From Lachnospiraceae bacterium (lineage in GTDB: Bacteria; Bacillota; Clostridia; Lachnospirales; Lachnospiraceae), in contig JAIKXN010000178.1 in NCBI GenBank assembly GCA_024684055.1, forward strand, positions 8,741 through 72,740: a DNA stretch of 64,000 bases, written 5' to 3'. Made by a program: the position numbers and the translations under genes. Of the stretch, positions 8,894 to 17,800 are shown piece by piece. Below the pieces are notes generated by a model. The model did no database searches and was not told where the DNA came from. It saw only the letters and a program-made list of their open reading frames with translations. Each line of letters opens with the position of its first letter. The first letter of the stretch is position 1.

Positions 8894-10237
8894 TTATTTC
8901 GGTACTATATTTTTTAAATCATAAGTAAGCGTCATGTATTTATCGTCAGAAACATCCTGCCAGGTTGTAATGATTCTCTGAGCAATCTGACGCGAATCTT
9001 CTTCATTTGCGTTCATAAGAAGCGTTACATACTGGAAAGAAGAATACTGCGTGGTAACATCTCCCATTCGTAAAGAAACAACGATTGCTCTTTCCACCTG
9101 CTGCATCGCTTCTTCAAGCTGTTCCGTGGTAAGTTTTTCAGGTCCTGAATGAGTAAGCGTAAAAAGAATCATCCATACTGTCTGATTCGATCTTGCGATC
9201 GTACGCTGAACAAAATGTACGATGTTTTTGAAGCCTTCATATTCGACTCTGAGAGCTCCGTTTTCATAATTCTTCTCTTTCATAAATCCTTCGAGTCTCG
9301 ATAAATCCTGTTCGGAATTAAAGTTCTCGATTGAAGAATTAAGATACTCTTCTCTCTGCTTGTAGTAATGATAATTGTCTTTACCGTTCTGCTTTACGTA
9401 ATAAAGTGCTTTGTCGGCTCTGTGATAAAGCATCTGGAAATCGATACCGTCATCGGGACAAACGGCAATACCGATTGAAACCGTGGGATTGTATGAAAGT
9501 TCCGTCTCATCCCTCATGTCATTGTGAACACGGGTTAATATGAGATCACAGTAGGAATTGATTTCATCGTCCGTATATTCACCTTTAAGGAAAACCGCAA
9601 ATTCATCTCCGCCGATTCTTGCCGCAATGTCTCTCGGTCCGACATTATTCTGTAGGATCTGAGAAAACTTGCAAAGGATATTATCGCCGAAAACATGTCC
9701 GTACGAATCATTGACAATTTTAAAATTATCAACGTCCATAAGGAAAAATACGCCTTTATTTTTGGACATGAAATATTTTTCGATGTCATCCTCGATGAAT
9801 TTTCTGTTCCAGATTCCTGTCAGAGGATCCTTTTTGGCTGAATTTGAAAGATTTTTTCTTAAGTCTTCGATCTGAAGAATCTTTTCTATTCTCGAAAGCA
9901 TAATCTCAGGTTCAAAGGGTTTTAAAATAAAATCCATCGCACCCATCTTTAAGCCTTTAATCTCGCTTTCCCTTTTGTCATCAACAGTCAGAAAAACAAC
10001 CGGAATATTGGAAGTCTCTGAGTTGGCTTTGATATGTTCCAGTGTCTCATATCCATCCATGCCGGGCATTCTGACATCAAGCAAAATAAGATCGGGTTTG
10101 GCTTTTTTCAGAAAATCCAAAGCCATTGCACCTGATTTTGCCATGGAAAGCTGATAGTTGTCTTTAAGAACTTCAGCTGCAAGTTTTAAGTTTGTAGTTA
10201 CGTCGTCGACGATAAGAATATGTTTCTTACGGTCCAT
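8894..10237 (-). CDS. Response-regulator diguanylate cyclase (REC-GGDEF-degenerate GGDEF)
   Basis: REC domain (LILLDVRMP), DPLTG, DVDNFKIVNDSYGH, RIGGDEF; C-terminal GGDEF-like fold with SSFQY in place of GGDEF. Confidence 0.92.
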   Translation of the reverse strand: MDRKKHILIVDDVTTNLKLAAEVLKDNYQLSMAKSGAMALDFLKKAKPDLILLDVRMPGMDGYETLEHIKANSETSNIPVVFLTVDDKRESEIKGLKMGAMDFILKPFEPEIMLSRIEKILQIEDLRKNLSNSAKKDPLTGIWNRKFIEDDIEKYFMSKNKGVFFLMDVDNFKIVNDSYGHVFGDNILCKFSQILQNNVGPRDIAARIGGDEFAVFLKGEYTDDEINSYCDLILTRVHNDMRDETELSYNPTVSIGIAVCPDDGIDFQMLYHRADKALYYVKQNGKDNYHYYKQREEYLNSSIENFNSEQDLSRLEGFMKEKNYENGALRVEYEGFKNIVHFVQRTIARSNQTVWMILFTLTHSGPEKLTTEQLEEAMQQVERAIVVSLRMGDVTTQYSSFQYVTLLMNANEEDSRQIAQRIITTWQDVSDDKYMTLTYDLKNIVPK

Positions 10238-10283
10238 ACTTTTCCCCTGTAGTTTTAGTAATTTCTGAACTGAATAATTTTAA

Positions 10284-11774
10284 TTACAGGCTGAGAAAAT
10301 CAGCGACTTCTTTTTTCATATCTGCTTTTTCACAAACATTTTTGTGTAAAATTTCAGCGTTTCTGATATCTTTAACGGCTTTGGGTATTTCGATACCCGA
10401 AATCTCATTTAATCTGTCTACAAGAACAAAATCTTCCTCATCGTGTTCTGTTGAATCGATCGCCGAAAGAACGGCTCTTGTAAATTTATAAGGTGAAGCT
10501 GTTGAAACTATAACGGTTTCGTTATCATCATCAACTGTTTTTCTGTATTCTTCGTATACGGCACTTGCAACAGCTGTATGTGTATCGAGAACATATCCTG
10601 TCTTGTCGAATACATTTTTGATCCTGTCACTTACCTGCTTCTCACTTGCAAAACCGCCGATGAAACTTTCGTCGATAAACTGCTTCATTTCTGCAGTAAC
10701 TTCATAACTTCCCTTTTCCTTAAGGTCATTCATAAGTTTCTTGTTTAATTCGCTGTTTCCGCCGCAAGAAAGATATACAAGTCTTTCAAAGTTGGAAGAA
10801 ATAAGAATATCCATCGAAGGAGAAGTTGTAAGTATGAAATCTCTGTTTCTGTCGTAAACCGAAGAATTAAAGAAATCATAAAGAACTTTATTCTCGTTTG
10901 AAGCACATATAAGTTTGTTAACGGGAAGTCCGATGCATTTTGCAAAATAACCTGCAAGGATGTTTCCGAAGTTACCGGTGGGAACAACGAAATTGATAAG
11001 ATCTCCTTCTTCGATCTTGCCGTTCTTTAAAAGGTTCGCATATGCATATACGTAATATACAACCTGAGGAATAAGACGGCCGATATTGATAGAATTGGCA
11101 GAAGAAAATCTGTATCCCGCTTTGTTAATCTTCTCGTTAAATTCTTTGTCTGTAAATATATTCTTTACACCTGTCTGAGCATCATCAAAGTTGCCCTTGA
11201 TACCTACAACCTTAACATTGTCTCCGACCTGTGTTACCATCTGCTTTTCCTGAATCGCGGAAACTCCGCCCTTCGGATAAAATACGATGATCTTAACGCC
11301 TTCAACACCTGCAAATCCGGCCAAAGCCGCTTTACCGGTATCTCCCGATGTAGCAGTAAGAATAACAATATCTTCTTTGATATTGTTTTTCTTTGCCGAT
11401 ACTTTCATAAGATAAGGAAGAATCGAAAGTGCCATATCCTTGAAAGCGATTGTCGATCCGTGGAAAAGTTCAAGATAATATGCTTTGTCCACATAAGACA
11501 TTACAACCGTATCTTCCGTATCAAATTTGGAATCGTATGCATTATCTATACAATACTTTAATTCTTCTTCCGAAAAATCAGAGAAGAATAATTTCATTAC
11601 TTCATAAGCAATTCCCTTGTAATCCATTCCGGATAATTCCTCAAGACTCTTTTCAAGCGAAGGAAACTGTTCAGGTACAAACAAACCTCCGTCATCCGCA
11701 ATACCTTTTGCGATTGCGTAAGACGCGCTTACACGTTTGGAATCATCTCTCGTACTCTTGTATAATATTTCCAT
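10284..11774 (-). CDS. thrC: Threonine synthase
   Basis: LELFHGSTIAFKD (PLP lysine), ATSGDTG, SANSINIGRL, VPTGNFGN. Start moved to ATG 11774, which follows a GGAG RBS. Confidence 0.97.
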   Translation of the reverse strand: MEILYKSTRDDSKRVSASYAIAKGIADDGGLFVPEQFPSLEKSLEELSGMDYKGIAYEVMKLFFSDFSEEELKYCIDNAYDSKFDTEDTVVMSYVDKAYYLELFHGSTIAFKDMALSILPYLMKVSAKKNNIKEDIVILTATSGDTGKAALAGFAGVEGVKIIVFYPKGGVSAIQEKQMVTQVGDNVKVVGIKGNFDDAQTGVKNIFTDKEFNEKINKAGYRFSSANSINIGRLIPQVVYYVYAYANLLKNGKIEEGDLINFVVPTGNFGNILAGYFAKCIGLPVNKLICASNENKVLYDFFNSSVYDRNRDFILTTSPSMDILISSNFERLVYLSCGGNSELNKKLMNDLKEKGSYEVTAEMKQFIDESFIGGFASEKQVSDRIKNVFDKTGYVLDTHTAVASAVYEEYRKTVDDDNETVIVSTASPYKFTRAVLSAIDSTEHDEEDFVLVDRLNEISGIEIPKAVKDIRNAEILHKNVCEKADMKKEVADFLSL

Positions 11775-12044
11775 AGCTGCTCCTAAAACAAAAATATACA
11801 AACCGCTTTTTTAACCGGCTTTATTGATATTGTTATTTTTTTTACAAAGTTGTTATTATTATAACATAATATTTCTTCATGATAAAGATTTAATAAATTA
11901 GTTATAAATGATATTATTTTTGTACGGGAATTACAAGATTAATTTGTAATTTCAATCGATTTTTTCAAATTATACGACGTTTTTTTCAATTTTGCGCTAA
12001 ACAATTTTGTTAACATATAGGATTTTTTCGTCTTTTATAAATTT

Positions 12045-12869
12045 ATGGCAAAAAAATCAAAAATGAACGGATATCGGAATCTGCTTATGAAGTCCAAAGG
12101 TATATTCAAAACATATAAAAAAGACAATACTCCCTACTATCGCGTATTCGTTACCAGAAAAGGAAAACACATTTCTCTTGGTTCTTATGAAAAAGAAAGC
12201 GATGCCTGCGAATGTTATAATGATGCCCTTAATATCCTTGAAGATAAAAATATTTCTTACGATGATTACAGGGACTCATACAAAATCTCATTCGATAAAT
12301 TTATCGTTCTGGTGAATTTCAGGGACAGCGGAATCTATATATCAAATCCGATTTATTTAAGACCGAATTTCTTTTATTATTTTCTGGATAAAGATACGAT
12401 TCTTAAATTCGATAAAGACGATCTTTTTTACTATTCAAAACATAAAATCTGCAAAAGAGGCAATCATCTCTTCTGCTATGAATACGGAAACCAGATAAGC
12501 ATTAATGAAAGATACAATATCGGCTCATATGCCGTTGTCGATAAAGATTACAGATTCATTAACGGCGATAAAACCGATTACAGATATTCAAACATAGAAA
12601 TACTTAATTCTTTTCATGGTGTAAGGAAAATAACCGAAGGCGCCAAGACGTTCTATGAGGCAAAAATTCATGTAAACGGCTATATAAAGATCGGCGAATT
12701 CAACAGTGAGATTGAAGCTGCAATAGCATATAACAAAGCCGTCGATCTTTTAAAGAAAAAATATGATAAAAACTTCGTTCAGAATTTCCCGGATCTTAAC
12801 GCAAAGGAATACGCATCAATCTATTCGGAAACAGAAATATCTCCAAGAATATATGAGATGATAAACTGA
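12045..12869 (+). CDS. AP2-domain DNA-binding protein with a central degenerate HNH-like motif (AP2-HNH*-AP2)
   Basis: Two AP2-like segments (YYRVFVTRKGKHISLGSYEKESDACECYN and FHGV..FYEAKIHVNGYIKIGEFNSEIEAAIAYNKA) flank RFINGDKTDYRYSNI, which resembles DHINGDKLDNRRSNL. Confidence 0.75.
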   Translation: MAKKSKMNGYRNLLMKSKGIFKTYKKDNTPYYRVFVTRKGKHISLGSYEKESDACECYNDALNILEDKNISYDDYRDSYKISFDKFIVLVNFRDSGIYISNPIYLRPNFFYYFLDKDTILKFDKDDLFYYSKHKICKRGNHLFCYEYGNQISINERYNIGSYAVVDKDYRFINGDKTDYRYSNIEILNSFHGVRKITEGAKTFYEAKIHVNGYIKIGEFNSEIEAAIAYNKAVDLLKKKYDKNFVQNFPDLNAKEYASIYSETEISPRIYEMIN

Positions 12870-13050
12870 TAATCCGAAATGATGAAGCAACATCCGAAAT
12901 GATGGAACTAACATCCGGAATGATAAAACAACATCCGAAATGACGAAACAAACATACGAAATGATAAACTGAACATCTGAAACAATAAATAAATATCTGA
13001 AACAATAAATAAATATCTGAAATAATTATATATATCCAAATATAAACAAA
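12848..13050. repeat. Degenerate 19-21 bp tandem array, about 10 units, starting inside the AP2 gene's last codons
   Basis: Unit starts at 12870, 12891, 12912, 12932, 12953 (core CATCCGAAATGA), then 12974, 12994, 13014, 13033 (core TATCTGAAA). 12848-12869 matches 12951-12972 at 19/22. Confidence 0.92.
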
Positions 13051-13053
13051 AAC

Positions 13054-13079
13054 GACGGACCGTCTTTCGACAGCCCGTC
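13054..13079 (-). terminator. Rho-independent terminator of the flotillin gene
   Basis: Minus-strand RNA GACGGGCUGUC-GAAA-GACGGUCCGUC pairs fully using two G-U pairs, followed by a U tract. Confidence 0.85.
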
Positions 13080-13136
13080 TGTTTATTTGAAAATCTCTGA
13101 ATATTTTCCGAGTAACTTTTGAAAATCTCTATTCAA

Positions 13137-14627
13137 TTACTCTGTAACTTCCTTGAAATCTTCTTTTACTTCTTCTTTGCCGGTTTCTGCAGCAGATTTT
13201 GCATTATTTTCTGAAGCGTTTCTTGCTGCCGAATAAGCTACACCACCGAGTGCACCGGAAAGTAATGTTTTGATATCGATACCGAGACCCTGTGTAAGTC
13301 CTTCGGAAATCTGAGTGGTTGAATTTACGATATCGGATACCATCTTTGCAGAATTTCCTTCACCGTACATTGTGATCTTATCAACACTCGAAAGAGGTTT
13401 TGCAACATTTTCCGCAATCTGAGGAAGCACTGCGAAATACATTTCCAAAATGGAAGCTTCCTTCATCTTTGCCTGAGCAAGAGCCTTCTTCTCGATACCT
13501 TCTGCTTCAGCGATCGCTTTTGCTCTAATCGCTTCAGCTTCAGCAATACCTTTAACTTTAATTGCTTCAGCTTCCTGCTCTGCAGCATACTTGGCTGCAT
13601 CAGCCTGAGCACGCATCGCTTCTGCTTCCTGTTTCTTACGATAGAGTTCAACGTCAGCCATCTGCTGTGCTTCGTATTTGTCAGCATCAGCTTTCTTTCT
13701 GATTGTAGCAGCAAGTTCCTGTTCCTTAACGGAAGCTTCCTTCTGCTTGAGTTCAATCTCTCTTTCCTGCTTTGCAATATCAGCATTTGCAGAAGCAACT
13801 TCGATCGACTTACGCTGTTCCTCTTCCTGAATACGATAAGCCGCATCAGCTTCAGCCTTCTTGATATCAGCTTCTCTCTTAAGTTCAGCCTGTTTGATTG
13901 CAAGCTGGTTATTTCTTTCGGCAATATCCGTATCAGCAGCAACCTGAGCTTCGTTTGCAAGCTGTTTGGCTTTAGCCTGTTCAATGGCAACGTCTTTTTC
14001 AGCCTGAGCTCTCGCAATGGATGCACTCTTCTGAATCTGTGACATATTGTCCTGACCGAGGGCATTGATGAGGTCGTTCTTATCTTCGATTCTCTGAATG
14101 TTGCATGAAATGATCTCGATACCGAGGTTGTTCATATCACTCTGAGCTTTGGTCTGAACTTCATCACCGAATTTCTTACGATCATTACATAATTCCTTAA
14201 GCGAAACTGTACCAATGATTTCACGCATGTTACCCTGAAGAGAATCTGTAAGGGCTTCTGCGATCTGCTTCTCGTTCATGTTAAGGAAGTTCTTCATCGC
14301 AAGTTTGATTCCCTTTTCATCAGTCATCACACGAACCTTTGCAATCGCGTCGATATCAACACCGATGAAGTCAAGTGTGGGAATGTAACCGTTTGTCTTA
14401 ATATCGATAGACATCTGCTTTACCAAAAGCATATCTTTTCTTTCAAGAAAAGGAAGTTTGATTCCTGCTCTACCGATCAGTACTTTAGGTTCCTTTTTAA
14501 AACCTGAGATGATGTACGCAGTATCGGGTGGAGCTTTAACATAACCTGACGCAATTATTATAATAATAAGTGCAAAAAGAACCAGTGCCGCAACTGCAGC
14601 CGCGCAAATAATTGTTTCAAATGGCAT
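13137..14627 (-). CDS. Flotillin/SPFH-domain membrane protein
   Basis: N-terminal TM, SPFH domain (GRAGIKLPFLE, LQGNMREIIG) and an Ala/Glu/Lys-rich flotillin coiled coil. Confidence 0.93.
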   Translation of the reverse strand: MPFETIICAAAVAALVLFALIIIIIASGYVKAPPDTAYIISGFKKEPKVLIGRAGIKLPFLERKDMLLVKQMSIDIKTNGYIPTLDFIGVDIDAIAKVRVMTDEKGIKLAMKNFLNMNEKQIAEALTDSLQGNMREIIGTVSLKELCNDRKKFGDEVQTKAQSDMNNLGIEIISCNIQRIEDKNDLINALGQDNMSQIQKSASIARAQAEKDVAIEQAKAKQLANEAQVAADTDIAERNNQLAIKQAELKREADIKKAEADAAYRIQEEEQRKSIEVASANADIAKQEREIELKQKEASVKEQELAATIRKKADADKYEAQQMADVELYRKKQEAEAMRAQADAAKYAAEQEAEAIKVKGIAEAEAIRAKAIAEAEGIEKKALAQAKMKEASILEMYFAVLPQIAENVAKPLSSVDKITMYGEGNSAKMVSDIVNSTTQISEGLTQGLGIDIKTLLSGALGGVAYSAARNASENNAKSAAETGKEEVKEDFKEVTE

Positions 14628-14656
14628 TTTGAATTCCTCCTTTTTTGTTTGAGAAA

Positions 14657-14685
14657 ATTATAGCAAAATAAAAGGTACATAACAA
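14657..14685 (-). promoter_or_regulatory. sigmaA promoter of the flotillin gene
   Basis: TTGTTA-N17-TATAAT with a TGn extension. Confidence 0.65.
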
Positions 14686-14771
14686 TATATAAAATAATGA
14701 CAATATACGGTCATATTTCACTTTTACGGAGAAAATAACAGCAATTAATCGCTAAGACATTAAAAAAATAA

Positions 14772-14811
14772 GCACGAATTCGGTCGTAGATTTAAATAAC
14801 CGAATTCGTGC
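14772..14811 (-). terminator. Terminator of the uppS...polC transcript
   Basis: Perfect 13-bp inverted repeat GCACGAATTCGGT/ACCGAATTCGTGC followed by TTATTTTTTT on the minus strand. Confidence 0.8.
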
Positions 14812-14843
14812 ATATATTAATGTTAAATCGATATCTATGTATT

Positions 14844-17800
14844 TTACAGATCGAAAATGCTGAGCTGATCCGATTTGGGCAGGTCTTTGATGATACCGAC
14901 TTCAACAAGTTTGTTGCATACGGATTCACCGATCCTGCATTTCTTCATCATGTCTGCCTGTGAAGTGAATGAACCTTCCCTGCAGCCCTCAACGATATTT
15001 TTGGCAGCGGTATCGGCAATACCGTCAATACTCTTTAACGAAGGCATAAGCTTTCCGTCTATAACCTGGAATTTATCCGGCTTGACAAGTTTTAAGTCAA
15101 TCGGCATGAATTCAAATCCTCTGACATAAAACTCTTCTACAAGTCTCATATCGTCAAGACTGTCTTCTTCCGCATTTGACATTTTCGGAAGGCTCATGAG
15201 GAACTGCATGTTCTGTCTTAAAGTCTGAAGTCCCTTACACATTGTTTCATAGGAAAACTTATTTGCTCTTATCGAAAAATATGCGGCATAATATGCAAGA
15301 GGATAATAAACCTTATAATATCCTACTCTCCAGCCCATTGTAACGTAAGCGGCAGCGTGAGCTTTCGGGAACATGTACTGAATCTGTTCGCATGACCAGA
15401 TATACCATTCGGGTACGTTCTGGGCACGCATATCTTCTTTCCATTTTTCCCATTTGTCATCTACTTTATGCTTAGCTACTTTACCTTTACGAACATTTTC
15501 CATAATGGTAAATGCTTCGGAACTTTCAACACCCATTTTTATAAGATAAGTCATGATATCGTCACGAGTCGAAATAACGCCGGTAATATCGGCTTTTCCT
15601 TCTTCGATAAGTGTTTCGGCATTTTTATCCCACACACCGGTTCCGTGAGTCAGACCTGAAATACGGATAAGGTCGGTAAATGTCTGAGGCTTGGTTTTAA
15701 CAAGAACATTCATGGTATTTCTTGTACCGAATTCAGGTATACCCATGCATCCCAAAACAACACCGTCAATATCATTAGGCTCGTATCCGAGTTCAGTCGT
15801 TGTCTGGAAAATGCTCATAACTCTTTTGTCATCAAGAGGAATATCCCTGCAGTTCGTTCCCGTTGCATCTTCAAGGAATTTCATCATGGTGGGATCGACA
15901 TGTCCTAAAATATCCAGCTTCAGAAGGTTTGAGTCGATGTCATGATACTCGTAATGAGTTGTAATAACATCCGTTTCCATATCGTTTGCAGGTTTCTGAA
16001 TTGCAGTGAATTCATATATTTCTCTTCCGTGAGGAAGAACTACGATACCGCCCGGGTGCTGACCTGTCGTTTTTCTTACACCTTCAACACCTTTGGCAAT
16101 ACGTGCAATTTCGCAGTTTCTCTTGTGTATTCCCTTCGACTCATAAAAATCATGAACATAGGCAATACTTGTTTTATCGGCAATACCGGACATTGTTCCG
16201 GCATGGAATGTATGTCCTTTTCCGAATAAAACTTCTGTATATCTGTGAGCTTTACCCTGATATTCACCCGAGAAGTTTAAGTCGATATCAGGCTCTTTGT
16301 CTCCCGAGAATCCGAGGAAGGTCTGGAAAGGAATATCAAATCCCGCTTTTTCAAGCTTTTCTCCGCACACGGGACAATTCTTATCGGGAAGGTCACATCC
16401 TGCCATACAGGCAAAACTCTTGATTAAATCCGATTCGAAATCACTGTAGTGGCAGTTCTTGCAGTAATAATGCGCATGCAGAGGATTAACTTCCGTAATG
16501 CCTGACATCGTGGCAACGAAAGACGATCCTACAGAACCTCTCGAACCCACTAGATATCCGTCTTCTTCGGATTTTAAAACCAGATTTCTGGCGATCATGT
16601 AAAGCACGGCATAACCGTTTTCAATAATACCGTTAAGTTCTGTTTCGAGTCTGTCTTCAACGTCTTTGGGAAGATTCTCTCCGTACATTTTATGAGCGGT
16701 TTCATAGCAGCAGTTTCTTAAATTCTCTTCGGAATTTTCAAGTTCGGGCGGGCATTTTTCTTTGGAAGTCGGACAGACATCATCACACATATCCGCAATC
16801 ATGTTTGTATTCGTAATAACGATTTCCTCGGCCTTAACCGCTCCGAGATAATCGAACTCCTCAAGCATCTCCTGCGTTGTATGAAGATAAAGAGGAGGCT
16901 GCTTGTCATCAGGCGATTCTTCCGTATCGGGCTTTGCGGTCTTTTTGTTAAACTTGTTCATGTGAACGATCTCTCTGTAGATCGCATCTTCGGGATTGAT
17001 AAAATGAGAGTCGCCCGTAGCGCATACGGGTTTTCGGAAATGTTCGCCGAGTTTGACGATATATCTGTTTAATTCTCTTAGATCATCATCCGTCTGAATA
17101 TTCTTATGCATCGGTTTATCGGAGTATTTCATAAACTCATTGTTACCGATCGGCATTACTTCGAGATAGTCATAAAAATCAACAATACGTGCTATTTCCT
17201 CATCGGATTTTTCTTCAAGAATAGCTTCCATAAGTTCGCCAGCTTCACAGGCAGATCCGATAATAAGACCTTCTCTGTATTTCTGAAGGATCGATCTCGG
17301 AATCTTTGGTGATCTATGGAAATAATTAATGTGCGATTCCGAAACAAGTCTGTTCAAATTTATTCTTCCGGTCTCGTTCTTTACAAGGATCGAAACATGA
17401 TATGCTCTCTTTTTTCTTATCGAATCGGGTGAATTCTTCACAAATTCGTTTAACTCTTTTAACGTAAAGACTTTCCGGCCGATAAGCATGTGTGTAAATT
17501 CAGCAAAGATCTTGGCTGTGACATCGGCATCATTTACTGCTCTGTGATGCTCTTCCTTGCCGAATTTGAATTTGAGCTTGTGAGCGACAGCTTCAAGGTT
17601 AAACCTCGACGAATCCTTAAGAAGTGCTCTTGCGATTATGATCGTATCTATCCAGACTTTGTCGAATATAATATCAAGTCTTCTGCAATTTTCTTTTATG
17701 AAAGAAACATCAAATTTTGCATTGTGAGCCACAAGTACGCAGCCTTCGCAAAACTCCATAAACTTCGGTAATACTTCAGAAATATCGGGTGCATCGCAGA

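Noticed and set aside
11850-11867. Rex-like palindrome TTGTTAT-N4-ATAACAT over the thrC -10 region
   Set aside because: Three mismatches in 14 positions within very AT-rich DNA, largely explained by the TATAAT box itself; not supportable without a scan.
12796-13005. 69-aa minus-strand ORF across the repeat array
   Set aside because: Overlaps the AP2 gene antisense, lies downstream of the flotillin terminator, and has no RBS.
12870-13050. Array as a CRISPR locus
   Set aside because: Units are 19-21 bp and contiguous, the variable parts are only 8-9 nt and resemble each other, the core itself drifts, and there is no cas gene in the window.
13463-14065. 200-aa same-strand alternative-frame ORF inside the flotillin gene
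   Set aside because: By-product of the repetitive Ala/Glu/Lys codons of the coiled coil; no RBS, motif or slippery site seen.
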